Of a stretch of 64,000 bases of DNA, positions 52,625 to 63,125 are shown piece by piece. The DNA lies in contig CBDBLX010000002.1 in the NCBI GenBank assembly GCA_965207445.1, positions 608,001 through 672,000 of the forward strand. Reading direction: 5' to 3'. Position 1 is the first letter of the stretch. Each line of letters begins with the position of its first letter. The stretch comes from Nitrosopumilus sp. GTDB lineage: Archaea > Thermoproteota > Nitrososphaeria > Nitrososphaerales > Nitrosopumilaceae. The notes under the pieces are model-generated. The model had not been told where the DNA came from. It ran no database searches and saw only the letters and a list, made by a program, of their open reading frames with translations. A program made the translations under genes and the position numbers.

Positions 52625-53497
52625 ATGCTCAAAAAAGTGTTATACGATACATTAAGTGAGTCTGAGGCAGGTGAGTTTGTATCTGCATTTGATCAAATAG
52701 GTAGCATTGTTGTGGTACGCATTCCTGATTCGTTGCTTGTAAAGAGGTATGAGATTGGGCAGGCGCTACTTGATGAGATCAAAGTAGCAAAAAGTGTGTT
52801 TTGCCAATCATCTGCTGTAAGTGGTGAGTATCGTACGCGTAAATTACAAGTTATCGCAGGTGTTGATGATACAACTACCGAATACAAAGAATCTGGATGT
52901 AGGTTTGTAGTGGATGTTGAGAATGCATTCTTTTCACCTAGACTATCTCATGAGCGTGAGCGAATAGCAGACGTGACATGTGATGGTGATGTAATGCTCA
53001 ACATGTTCGGCGGCATTGGTATGTTCTCTATAATTACTGCCATGCAAAATATGTGTACTGTATACAATATTGATTCAAATCCAATTGCTGCTGCACTGTG
53101 TGACAAGAATATTGCGCTAAACGAGTATACACGTAAAAACAAAAAAAGACGACGCAAGATGGCAGGTACGGTATATTCAATATGCGGTGACGTGTCTCAA
53201 GTTATACGGGATAAATTCTCTACTAATATGTTTGATAGAACATTGATGTTGTTGCCAGAGCGATCTGATGAATTTTTAGACTCTGCCATACATGCAACAA
53301 AGAGTGGTGGTGTAATTCATTATTATATGCATATTCATGCTGACTCTAAAAAAGATGCACCTGGACTATCTGAAGAACATTATCTTGATGTCACGTCACA
53401 TCGTGTGCATTCTGACGTACTGCACTCTCGGATCGTCAGAGCAGTTGGTCCTAGATACTATCAAACAGTAGTTGATGCTAAAATTCACAAGTTTTAG
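52625..53497 (+). CDS. Trm5/Taw2 (Met-10+) family SAM-dependent tRNA transferase
   Basis: KESGCRF.VD, FFSPRL..ER, NMFGGIG.F; start approximate. Confidence 0.82.
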   Translation: MLKKVLYDTLSESEAGEFVSAFDQIGSIVVVRIPDSLLVKRYEIGQALLDEIKVAKSVFCQSSAVSGEYRTRKLQVIAGVDDTTTEYKESGCRFVVDVENAFFSPRLSHERERIADVTCDGDVMLNMFGGIGMFSIITAMQNMCTVYNIDSNPIAAALCDKNIALNEYTRKNKKRRRKMAGTVYSICGDVSQVIRDKFSTNMFDRTLMLLPERSDEFLDSAIHATKSGGVIHYYMHIHADSKKDAPGLSEEHYLDVTSHRVHSDVLHSRIVRAVGPRYYQTVVDAKIHKF

Positions 53498-53718
53498 ATG
53501 TCATCATCTGATGTAATTGTAGCCGATGTGGCACGTGTAGTTGCAGTCACGTATCCAATCCATGCTATGACGCCGAGTATTCCGCCTACTATCATGAGCA
53601 TTGTGAGTTGTTGTATTATGGGGCTCCATTCTGAGAGCATTAAGAGATATGCATACACAAAGAATCCTATTATGGCAAGTAGAAATATCATTACACCTAC
53701 ATTTTTACGCTTGCTCAT
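53494..53718 (-). CDS. Small two-TM membrane protein
   Basis: Two hydrophobic helices, WIGY motif. Confidence 0.65.
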   Translation of the reverse strand: MSKRKNVGVMIFLLAIIGFFVYAYLLMLSEWSPIIQQLTMLMIVGGILGVIAWIGYVTATTRATSATITSDDDI

Positions 53719-53906
53719 GTCGTGTGAGATCTACAATAGTTATTTAATGGTAATACTTTATCACTTGTCGTTGGGTTCATGTCAAATCATTGGACACGAC
53801 TGAAAATACATATGACCTGTAATTATATGTGACTTTATTTACTTAATTGTGATGTGCGATGAAAGGTGGTGTGTATGATTCGTGTTTTGTAAATAATTGA
53901 CCCTTG

Positions 53907-55154
53907 TCACTTTACATCCAACTCGTGTGTGTCGGTAGTATCATTGATACTGCTACTATTACTGTTGGTAGTATCACTGATATTACTATCACTATTACTG
54001 TTGTTGTTGTTACTATTGCTGTCTCTATTGTTATTTTGAACCCTTGTAGATAAAACAAATGCAACTATAATTACGGCAATTGCCCAGTACATGACTGCTG
54101 TATACCCGTACACAAGTGCTATTGTACCTGCTGAGATAGGTCCTATCACAGTTGCAATCGATATCGTACTACTAAAGATTCCAGTACTGGTTGATTTTGG
54201 ATTATTCTCCATAAGATGAAAACTACCTCCAATGTACAAAAATGCCCATGAGAACCCTACGAGTGCCATAAATGGCATCGTCTCCCACCACTGATTTATC
54301 ATTGAGAGTCCTACAAATACAAACGTAGTAATTCCAATCCCTATCTTGAATTTCGTCACATTCGATATATTTATGCGCACTGCCATCAGATTCATTACAA
54401 CAAATGCAGTCAGAGTATTTGCAACATAGATAACTGAGATCTGCCAGATCTCTGCTCCCATTTTATCTAGTAATACAAGAGGCAGAATGGTCCAAACCGA
54501 AACTGCACCGATATGTCGAAACAATAATGCTAAAAATAGAAATTTGTTATCTAGTATGATGTGTTTTATTGTTCCTGATGCAGTCACCTTTTGAGCGTTG
54601 GTATCGGAAAGTCTTGCAGAGCATAACAATCCAATTACAAAAAATCCTGCACTGATCAAAAATATGATATTTGTATCATTTGCAATACCTGCTGCTGCAA
54701 TACCTGCAAGCCATCCAAGTGCGTGAAATGATACCACTGATGCTACCTTTTTCTTGTTTTGACCTGCCTCATATGAGTATGCAAGCATCGCAGGAATCAT
54801 CAAACCTGTTGTGATCCCGCCTGCGATCCTGGCAACTAATAGCAGTACTGCATCATCTGCAAAATAATGTAGTGCAAATACGATCGCACATGATGTGAAT
54901 CCAATTCGTATAAACAATAATCTTTTACCATATCTATCTGATAACCTCCCAAAGTAAACCTCTGATACTATCTGCGCTAGACTAAATGATGCTACTATAA
55001 TGCCAATCTCAAATACCGTCTCTGTGACATCTTCTGCTATAATTGGCATAAAGACAAGTATGGACGCAATACCTGCATGTTGAAAAAATGTAATAGTTCT
55101 GATACGATTATCAATTCCTGGTGCTATATGTGGCAGTAGCATAAAACATGGCAC
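53907..55154 (-). CDS. MFS transporter
   Basis: GRLSDRYGKR motif A, about 12 TM; Asn/Ser-rich tail. Confidence 0.9.
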   Translation of the reverse strand: MPCFMLLPHIAPGIDNRIRTITFFQHAGIASILVFMPIIAEDVTETVFEIGIIVASFSLAQIVSEVYFGRLSDRYGKRLLFIRIGFTSCAIVFALHYFADDAVLLLVARIAGGITTGLMIPAMLAYSYEAGQNKKKVASVVSFHALGWLAGIAAAGIANDTNIIFLISAGFFVIGLLCSARLSDTNAQKVTASGTIKHIILDNKFLFLALLFRHIGAVSVWTILPLVLLDKMGAEIWQISVIYVANTLTAFVVMNLMAVRINISNVTKFKIGIGITTFVFVGLSMINQWWETMPFMALVGFSWAFLYIGGSFHLMENNPKSTSTGIFSSTISIATVIGPISAGTIALVYGYTAVMYWAIAVIIVAFVLSTRVQNNNRDSNSNNNNSNSDSNISDTTNSNSSSINDTTDTHELDVK

Positions 55155-55255
55155 AATATCAGTTTAATTTGAATATGTGTATTACACGATCTCATACGTG
55201 AATACATGCATAACTAAAATGAATATGTGATTCAAACGATTTACTCGTTCTTTTT

Positions 55256-55564
55256 CTATCTTGTGGCTTGATAAATCTCATCAAGACACTTTATCACTTT
55301 ATGTCCTCTCTCATTGACCCTGTATCCTGTTCGTACTGGACGGTCTTGTGTTATTTTTCTCTCTAAAAGTTTCATATTTGAGAGATCAGTTATGGTCTTG
55401 TGTATGGATGCCCTACTTGCAACAATTTTGTTGGATGTGACGTGTTTGAGTATGGCATTATAACCAATATACTCATTGTCTTTGATGTACAGTAGGGTTT
55501 CGTACGTACCCTTTGTTGCCAACATGCGCAATGTCTTGTCTATGTCGTGTTTGTCTGGTTTCAC
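55256..55564 (-). CDS. Winged-helix (HxlR-like) transcriptional regulator
   Basis: LLERKITQDRPVRTGYRVNERG wing motif. Confidence 0.72.
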   Translation of the reverse strand: MKPDKHDIDKTLRMLATKGTYETLLYIKDNEYIGYNAILKHVTSNKIVASRASIHKTITDLSNMKLLERKITQDRPVRTGYRVNERGHKVIKCLDEIYQATR

Positions 55565-55565
55565 A
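55365..55565. repeat. ~200-bp direct repeat, copy 1 (5' two-thirds of the wHTH gene)
   Basis: Near-identical to 58929-59133. Confidence 0.92.
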
Positions 55566-56325
55566 TCAAAAACAATGTAAACCTATCTCAAAAAGTCTAA
55601 ACATATTAATTTCAAGTTAAACTCTGTTTTTATAAGTAAGACTCAACTTTTATGAGTCGATTTATAATGTGCCTAGTTGTTGCTATCATATATGTCGGTG
55701 ACAAATCAATGATGAAAAATGTCTGGCAATCCTGTAAATTCAGCGATGAGATTATCTCAGGAAACTTGGAATTACACAAATTTGCCGTAGAGTTGCATGA
55801 TGTACTCTCTGGTGGAGCTGATCCTGTGTATCAAGACCCGCGGCAATTTCTTGAAAAGACATATCTCACATCTCAGATGCAAGGTATACTCAAAGATACA
55901 CTCAACAGACTTGAGAAATCACAGGGTGTACCTTGTATAATAATTGACACTGGATTTGGTGGTGGTAAAACTCACACACTTATGTTACTGTATCACGTAT
56001 TCTCAAATCTTGCAATTGGTTTTGATTATATCAAACAATATAACCTTGAGAAGGAACTGGGATTAAGCAGTATATCAAAGACCCGCGTAGTTGCAATTGA
56101 CTGCCGAGATATCAAGAAAAATACGTTATGGGGTGAGATTGCACACAAGATTGGCAAATACGATACGGTGCGCGAGTATGATGAATCATCCAAACCGATA
56201 TCTGACATGGACTTGATAAAAGATTTTTTTGATGAACCTACACTTTTAATGATAGATGAACTTCCTCATTATCTCAGTGAGACTCTTGCAGAAAAGGTTG
56301 GTGATACCACAAAATCAAAACTTAC

Positions 56326-57651
56326 TGTGCTATCCTGTAAGTAGTTCCACTTATGATTTGACATATGCATGACTCTCCATTTCTTTTGCTGTTATGTCTT
56401 TTGGTGCTTGTTTGCGTTTATAGGCTTCTATAGGCGTTTCTTTACCGTCTTTTAGTGACATATGTGGGAGATTATTGTACCAGTTGACGAGTCTTGTTAT
56501 TGGGTCTGTTATACCCCTAGTATGGAATGGATTCCCCACATGGTCGCCGGGTTTGGAACCACGAACTGTATTACATACAGACTCTTCTTCAAATGATTTT
56601 AGATGTTGTTCAATCTCAGAGTGGAATCGTTCTAATTTACCGTTGGTTTGAGGGTGTTTTATACGTGCCATGACTTGTTTGATACCAAGCTCGACTAACT
56701 TGTTCTCAAATACTGCCACACCGCGCTCAGAGTTCTTTTTCTCATTTGCATAGAACTGAGATCCATGATCCGTTAGTATTTGGGCAGGTTTACCGTATTT
56801 CTTGATGGCGCCCTCAAGCACCTTTATTGCATGATCACTTGTAGGTTCATTATACACTCCAAAGCCCATAATCATCCTAGATGCATCGTCCTGATAGGAC
56901 ACAAACCATCTACCATCGTAAATCTGCTTAAAATCCGTATGCCATAAAGAATTTGAGAATCTTCTCTCATATCTAACCCACTTTCGCTGCTTTGCTTTTT
57001 TTGGTTGGTTTTCTACTAACTCCTCATCTTTCAATATCTTATATATGATATTGTGAGAAATATGGATTCCGATTTCTTCTTCTATTATAGTCTCGAGTCT
57101 GACTGCCATACGTCTGTTCTGCTTGCAACAAGATATCACTGCAGAATGTTCTCGACGGCCTGGTAATCCATTAGAAGGACGTCCCATTTTTAGAGGATAT
57201 GTGATATCTTTTGGCTGTAAATGACCATATCGTACGAACAATTTTCTAACCCATCGTGCAGATACACCCACTAATTTTGCAATCTGGGTGTCACTCATCT
57301 CATCATTGTGCTTTTGCTGAACTATCCACCGTACCTGTTCCTCATCAAGTTTATGTATTACACGAAGTTTTTTACCATTTTTGAGCCTAGTTTTGATCTT
57401 TGTACGAGGATCATGATTTGACCCACACACCTTCATTTCCACTCCGCACACGGATATATGAGGATCTACACCACTAGTAGCCAATTTTCTTTTCTCTCCA
57501 AGTGGGCATAAAAGCTAAACTCATCATACGCTTCATATTAAATATGATTATATCTAGGCGTGCACTCAAGGCGGAACTACTTACATTGACGATTATTCCT
57601 ATGATCATATCTAGGCGTACACTCAAGGCGGAACTACTTACAAGACAACTT
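56326..57651 (-). mobile_element. IS481-family element with imperfect ~25-bp TIR and 15-bp direct repeat
   Basis: AAAATCAAAACTTAC at 56311-56325 and 57652-57666; TGT..TGTAAGTAGTTCC / GGAACTACTTACA ends. Confidence 0.88.
56351..57484 (-). CDS. IS481-family (rve integrase core) transposase
   Basis: RYER..SNSLWHTDF, DDASR, ILTDHGSQF, HPQTNGKLERF. Confidence 0.92.
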   Translation of the reverse strand: MATSGVDPHISVCGVEMKVCGSNHDPRTKIKTRLKNGKKLRVIHKLDEEQVRWIVQQKHNDEMSDTQIAKLVGVSARWVRKLFVRYGHLQPKDITYPLKMGRPSNGLPGRREHSAVISCCKQNRRMAVRLETIIEEEIGIHISHNIIYKILKDEELVENQPKKAKQRKWVRYERRFSNSLWHTDFKQIYDGRWFVSYQDDASRMIMGFGVYNEPTSDHAIKVLEGAIKKYGKPAQILTDHGSQFYANEKKNSERGVAVFENKLVELGIKQVMARIKHPQTNGKLERFHSEIEQHLKSFEEESVCNTVRGSKPGDHVGNPFHTRGITDPITRLVNWYNNLPHMSLKDGKETPIEAYKRKQAPKDITAKEMESHAYVKS

Positions 57652-57974
57652 AAAATCAAAACTTACAGAGTCTTTTTTATACAAGCTAATATCTGCAGCA
57701 TCATCTAGTAAGAACTCTGTATTTGTCTTGACACTCACAGAAAACCAGCAACTGTACAAAGAAAACGTCGATAAAATAAAGTCTACATTAAGTGACTTTG
57801 TTATAGATGATGCCATTGGAGATTTAAAAGAGACTCTGTCGCGCCAAACTTCGATAAAAAACCCAGTACAAAAAAAGTCTCCGAAATACCGGAGTGTCTA
57901 TTATACGCGTCTCTATTTCGGACAGATCTATAAAACCATATAGTGGATCTCGTATGGATTTGAAACGAAAATAG

Positions 57975-58523
57975 TCATCTGGATACCGTGACAAGTTCTA
58001 GTCTCTCCAGTAGTTCCGCTCCCTGTCCTACATTGCATTCGGACACTTTCCATTGAAGCTTTTTGGCGTATTCTACAGCATCTGGAAATGACATGCCCAC
58101 GCTAGATTCGTGTGAATTAAGCAGGTAGTGAATCTTGGATGCATACGATAGAGGGGCTGACTTTAAATCGCAGAAATCACGGCATACTTTGACGATCTCT
58201 GCAATCCTTTCAAACATGTCACCATTTTTTTCCTTTGATATTTTTGCAATTTCCTGTCCATCTTTTGTAAGCCTGTATTTGTATCCCTCATACATAGATC
58301 CTGGGGGGATGTCTTCATACAGAAAGTAGCACGAGACCATTGTCTCTAACGCCCATCCCAGTCCTCTGCTGAATGGTCCGTAGTAATGTGCCTTGTATGG
58401 TGGCACATCAAGATTTGGAATCTTCTTGCTGGAGAGATAGACAATCTTTTGAATCACGGTTCTACCTCTTATGGTGTTGTCATTTGCATCCAATATGGCA
58501 TAAATCGTATCATAAACGTCCAT
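57975..58523 (-). CDS. YwgA/SocA(Panacea)-like winged-helix protein
   Basis: GRTVIQKIVYL, Y.AHYYGPFS, Y.Y.LT.DG. Confidence 0.62.
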   Translation of the reverse strand: MDVYDTIYAILDANDNTIRGRTVIQKIVYLSSKKIPNLDVPPYKAHYYGPFSRGLGWALETMVSCYFLYEDIPPGSMYEGYKYRLTKDGQEIAKISKEKNGDMFERIAEIVKVCRDFCDLKSAPLSYASKIHYLLNSHESSVGMSFPDAVEYAKKLQWKVSECNVGQGAELLERLELVTVSR

Positions 58524-58835
58524 GCGATAAACCCTGGCATGTAGAATTAAATTCCTTTCTATTATTATGGCGTGTTGCATAATTAGTAAATTTATACCCC
58601 TCCGGGTCGTGGTCATGTGGTCTGAGCTGCGCAACCTACGTTACACGATTCGAAGTCACTCAAATGCTCTGTAAACTGGACAGGAGGACTGTCTGCCTCA
58701 AGATATGCTGCCAGTGGGTGTGTCAAGTCACGCCTACAACAAGTCATAAGCGGGTCGTGCTTCCAAGCCTACAAAGTGTACGCGCAAAACATGGCGTGGG
58801 ATACGCCTTGGCATTTTGTGAGTACATACACATAT

Positions 58836-58916
58836 GTAACTGTTCAACCCCCGTACCTGTACTAGATGTTAGGCGGCGAGTCCGTGTCTAAATTTGGGAA
58901 GAGGTTGAACGGTTAC
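58836..58916. mobile_element. 81-bp MITE family B
   Basis: GTAACTGTTCAACC / GGTTGAACGGTTAC (13/14 IR); homologous to 17066-17145. Confidence 0.75.
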
Positions 58917-58928
58917 ATTTTTTCCTCG

Positions 58929-59133
58929 AAAAGTTTCATATTTAAGAGATCAGTTATGGTCTTGTATATGGATGCCCTACTTGCAACAATTTTGTTGGAT
59001 GTGACGTGTTTGAGTATGGCATTATAACCAATATGCTCATTGTCTTTGATGTACAGTAGGGTTTCGTACGTACCCTTTGTTGCCAACATGCGCAGTGTCT
59101 TGTCTATGTTGTGTTTGTCTGTCTGGTTTCACA
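58929..59133. repeat. ~200-bp direct repeat, copy 2 (truncated wHTH duplicate)
   Basis: Near-identical to 55365-55565, with a 4-bp GTCT duplication. Confidence 0.92.
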
Positions 59134-59183
59134 CACCAAAATTTCAAGTAGATTTTTATTCAATTTCCGAGTCAATTAATTCT

Positions 59184-60857
59184 ATGGGTTTAGATTATTG
59201 TGCAATTCGATCAAAAGTTCTTCACGCCCGCAAACTCGTAATTAGAGGCACATCTACTGCTGGTTCTGGCCATCCTGGTGGTTCATTTTCAATGGCAGAG
59301 ATACTAGGATGTCTATTTCACAAACACCTTCGATATGATCCACACAATCCGAGTTGGGATGAAAGAGACCGACTAGTATTATCAAAAGGACATGCTGCAC
59401 CTGGTCTGTACTCTAACATGGCAGTAGCTGGCTACTTTGATGAATCCGAAATTGACACCCTACGTGCATTTGGAAGTCGTCTACAAGGCCACCCTGACCT
59501 AAAGTGTCCTGGTGTTGAGTTTTGCGGCGGCTCACTTGGAACTGGTTTATCATATTCAATTGGAATCGCACTTGCAATGAGGCTTGATTCTAGAGATTCT
59601 CGCGTCTATACCATAATTGGAGATGGTGAGTCTGATGAGGGCCAGATATGGGAGGCGGCAATGACTGCTGCCAAGTACAATCTTGATAATTTGACTGTCT
59701 TTCTTGATCGTAATTTCATTCAACAGGACTCTTACACTGAACGAATAATGCCACTTGATGATACACTTAAAGATAATGATCATATTTCAAAGATGTGGCT
59801 AGAATCTGATAGATGGCAGACTGGCGACAAATGGCGTGCTTTTGGATGGAATGTTTTGGAGATTGATGGGCACCGTATAGAGCAAATAAATGATGCAATT
59901 TTATGTGCACAAAAACACAAAGATAAACCCACCATTATAATATCACGTACCATAAAGGGCAAATCAGTCGAGCATATGGAAGATAATCCACAGTGGCACG
60001 GCAAGGCACCTAATCTTGATATGGTTCCGATAATAAATGCCGAGCTAGAGTCACAGTCAGTAATTGCACCCTCTATTATTGCAGGGGATATGACTAATCT
60101 ACAATCAGAAGTGATCCGATGCTCACAGGGACGCGCCGATTACATTCATCTTGATGTGATGGATGGTGTGTTTGTCCCAAACAAGACATTTGGCCATGAA
60201 GTGATCCGATCCCTCCGACCTATTACTTTGATACCATTTGATGCACACTTGATGATAACTGATCCCCACAAACACATCAGAGAGTATGTAGATGCAGGAT
60301 GTGATATAATTACTGTCCATGCAGAAGTCACTACTGCTGATACGTTTGGTGAGATATCTGATGTCTTGCGTGAAAACAATGTTAGTGTGGGGTTAGCAAT
60401 CAACCCTGCCACTGATCTGCCAGATTGGTCACTAGAATTTTTACCAAAGATAGATCAACTTATTGTAATGTCTGTTGTACCTGGCAAGTCTGGTCAAAAG
60501 TATCTCGAATCAACACACCAAAAGATGGCCCAACTCAAACCAATCCTTACTGCAAACGGATTTGCCGGCTATGTAGAAGCAGATGGTGGAGTAAATTTGG
60601 AGAATATTGGCTCTGTCTTTGCAGATGGCGCACGCGCATTTGTAGGTGGTGGTGCTATTGTATCTCAGCCTGATGTACGTGTTGCAATACGTGAGTTTCG
60701 AGGCGCACTTGCAGCTGCAAAGAGACGCGCACTACTTGAAATGGCATCTCAATTGGGCGGTGAGCAACTAGTAGAGCGTTGGATAAATCTACATGTTGTG
60801 GGTGCAAGGCCCAGTGAGGTTCGAGCAATTGCACAGGAGGCAGGGTATGTCAGATAA
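59184..60857 (+). CDS. Transketolase N-terminal subunit fused to ribulose-phosphate 3-epimerase
   Basis: SGHPGGS, LSKGH, GDGESDEGQ then APSI, HLDVMDGVFVPN, DAHLM, MSVVPG.SGQ, DGG. Confidence 0.93.
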   Translation: MGLDYCAIRSKVLHARKLVIRGTSTAGSGHPGGSFSMAEILGCLFHKHLRYDPHNPSWDERDRLVLSKGHAAPGLYSNMAVAGYFDESEIDTLRAFGSRLQGHPDLKCPGVEFCGGSLGTGLSYSIGIALAMRLDSRDSRVYTIIGDGESDEGQIWEAAMTAAKYNLDNLTVFLDRNFIQQDSYTERIMPLDDTLKDNDHISKMWLESDRWQTGDKWRAFGWNVLEIDGHRIEQINDAILCAQKHKDKPTIIISRTIKGKSVEHMEDNPQWHGKAPNLDMVPIINAELESQSVIAPSIIAGDMTNLQSEVIRCSQGRADYIHLDVMDGVFVPNKTFGHEVIRSLRPITLIPFDAHLMITDPHKHIREYVDAGCDIITVHAEVTTADTFGEISDVLRENNVSVGLAINPATDLPDWSLEFLPKIDQLIVMSVVPGKSGQKYLESTHQKMAQLKPILTANGFAGYVEADGGVNLENIGSVFADGARAFVGGGAIVSQPDVRVAIREFRGALAAAKRRALLEMASQLGGEQLVERWINLHVVGARPSEVRAIAQEAGYVR

Positions 60858-61851
60858 TAATTATGATAATGTGAAGATGACTGATATGCGTACAGAATAT
60901 GCAAAGTCATTGATACGTGAAGGTAAAGCAAACCAAGATCTAGTGGTACTCGGAGCAGATACTACTGACTCACTCAAAATTATACAGTTTGGAAAAGAGT
61001 TTCCAGATCGTTTCTTTAATGTGGGTATAGCAGAAGGCAATCTGGTGACTATATCAGCAGGTCTTGCTGCATCAGGCAAAACTGCTTTTGCAAGTACTTA
61101 TGCGATATTTCTACCAGGACGTGCAGTAGATCAGATACGCAATAACGTTGCATATCCGTCTCCTTGTGGTAAACAGGGATTAAACGTCAAGCTTGTGGCA
61201 TCCCACGGAGGACTCTCAGTAGGTCCTGATGGTGGCTCTCATCAGCAACTAGAGGATATATCCATAATGAGAACCATTCCAAACTTTCGAGTACTTGTAC
61301 CTGCTGATACTGTTGCAGTCTCAGAATTGACACACATAATGGCAACTCAGTATGGTCCATTTTACATGAGAATGGCACGCTCAAAGACTCCACTCGTATA
61401 CGACATACATGACAATACCATAACAGAAAAATTCAAAGTCGGCAGTGCACCTGTATTACGTGACGGCTCTGATTGCACGATTGCAGCTTGTGGTATTACA
61501 GTGAATATGGCACTAGATGCTGCGCAAACACTACGGCGTGAGAAAGATATATCGTGCCGTGTACTTGACATGTTCTCTATAAAACCCATCGATGATCATG
61601 CACTTGAAAAGGCAGCTCGTGAGACTGGTAGAATACTTACTGCTGAAGAGCACAACATGGTAGGTGGAATGGGATCAGCTGTTGCTGAATCTGTCTCATC
61701 ATCGTCGTACCCTGTACCTATCCGGCGAATCGGTGCACTTGATGCATTTGGAGAATCGGCACGTGACAAGGAAGTTCCACTATTGTTGCAAAAACATGGC
61801 ATCACATCCTTTAATATGGCACAGCAAGTAACAAAACTTGTAGAGGTATAA
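60847..61851 (+). CDS. Transketolase C-terminal subunit
   Basis: FNVGIAE, GPDGGSHQ, EEHN..GG.GS. Confidence 0.93.
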   Translation: MSDNNYDNVKMTDMRTEYAKSLIREGKANQDLVVLGADTTDSLKIIQFGKEFPDRFFNVGIAEGNLVTISAGLAASGKTAFASTYAIFLPGRAVDQIRNNVAYPSPCGKQGLNVKLVASHGGLSVGPDGGSHQQLEDISIMRTIPNFRVLVPADTVAVSELTHIMATQYGPFYMRMARSKTPLVYDIHDNTITEKFKVGSAPVLRDGSDCTIAACGITVNMALDAAQTLRREKDISCRVLDMFSIKPIDDHALEKAARETGRILTAEEHNMVGGMGSAVAESVSSSSYPVPIRRIGALDAFGESARDKEVPLLLQKHGITSFNMAQQVTKLVEV

Positions 61852-61856
61852 TTGCC

Positions 61857-62510
61857 ATGAAGATATTTCTTGATACTGCCAACTTTGATCTCATCAAAAA
61901 GTATAATGATATGGGTCTTGTAGATGGTATTACTACAAATCCGTCTTTACTTGCAAAAGAGAACGGCGATCCTGCTGATGCAATGAAAAAGATAACAGAG
62001 ATCATAAAAGGTGATGTCAGTTTAGAGGTCGTTGCTACTACCTATGATGGTATGTTAGATGAGGGACGAGCACTTTATCGCACATATGGTGATAATGTAG
62101 TGGTAAAGGTACCTATGACACCTGCTGGCCTTGGAGCATGCAGGCAACTGACATCAGAGGGTATACCTGTAAACGTTACGCTGATCTTTTCTGCAAATCA
62201 GGCTATCCTTGCTGCAAAGTCTGGTGCTAAATATGTCAGTCCATTTATTGGCCGTATTGATGATACAGGACACGATGGTATGCATCTGATAAATGATTTG
62301 ACTAGGATATTTCAAAATTATCAATTCAAGACGCAAATTCTAGTTGCAAGTGTACGTCATCCTGTACATGTCAAAGAAGCTGCTCTATTGGGTGCTGATG
62401 TGGTGACACTTCCACCTGCCGTACTTGAAAAAATGTTACATCACCCACTTACTAAAATAGGATTAGATAACTTTCTTGCAGATTGGGACAAGATAAAAAA
62501 TAGATCCTAA
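61857..62510 (+). CDS. tal: Transaldolase / fructose-6-phosphate aldolase
   Basis: FLDTA, TTNPSL, VVKVP, NVTLIFS, SPFIGR. Confidence 0.92.
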   Translation: MKIFLDTANFDLIKKYNDMGLVDGITTNPSLLAKENGDPADAMKKITEIIKGDVSLEVVATTYDGMLDEGRALYRTYGDNVVVKVPMTPAGLGACRQLTSEGIPVNVTLIFSANQAILAAKSGAKYVSPFIGRIDDTGHDGMHLINDLTRIFQNYQFKTQILVASVRHPVHVKEAALLGADVVTLPPAVLEKMLHHPLTKIGLDNFLADWDKIKNRS

Positions 62511-62728
62511 TCCTTATCACACTTGTAGTTGTGTCATGTGGGTTTGATATAATAATTGCAGTGTGATTAATTTTTTTAGATTATTAATTATATGTATTTA
62601 TTATTTTGTGCACTTGTGTCATGTCACTTTGTGATGATTTTTACAAATATCATTGAGCACATTTTATTTATAAATTAAAACCATACATAATAACATGTTA
62701 ACAAAAACAAATGATGAAAAAATTTTAA

Positions 62729-62977
62729 TTATTTTGAGGATTTTGTTCCTCGACCACTACTTAGTTTGCCTTTGTATTTTGGTCTATCTTTTGGCTCTGG
62801 CACGTCTTTGAGTTTTCTAGATCCTGTTCCTCTACCTGATGTGATAGTTCTCTCACCTGATTCACGTTTACGTGCCTCTTGGATCTTTTTGAACTCTTCA
62901 CCAGACCATTTTTTGGGATCATTGTCGACTTCTATGGTACTTGTTCCTCTACCTGTTCGAATTCTTACTTTTGCCAT
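62729..62977 (-). CDS. Small basic hypothetical protein with three (T/S)GRGT motifs
   Basis: 82-aa Lys/Arg-rich ORF with an ATG and AT-rich upstream region. Confidence 0.6.
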   Translation of the reverse strand: MAKVRIRTGRGTSTIEVDNDPKKWSGEEFKKIQEARKRESGERTITSGRGTGSRKLKDVPEPKDRPKYKGKLSSGRGTKSSK

Positions 62978-63125
62978 ATGATGGTTTATACCTACTTGTA
63001 TTTATCATGTTCTATGTGTGATTGTTTATTCAAAAACATATAATAATATAAACATATGGTCATACTAACAAATTATCGATTGTTTGTTATTAATTTGATT
63101 ACTCTCTTGACTTTTGTATAATAAT

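Larger units (their letters stand above)
55709..57943 (+). pseudogene. DUF499-type P-loop ATPase, interrupted by IS481 and C-terminally truncated
   Basis: Y.DP..F...TY.T, TGFGGGKTHTL..LYH, TLWGEIA, IDEL; frame restored (SKLT-ESFLYKL) after removing the IS. Confidence 0.8.

Noticed and set aside
59040..59183. 48-aa N-terminal extension of the transketolase ORF
   Set aside because: It overlaps the antisense wHTH duplicate; ATG 59184 is the credible start.
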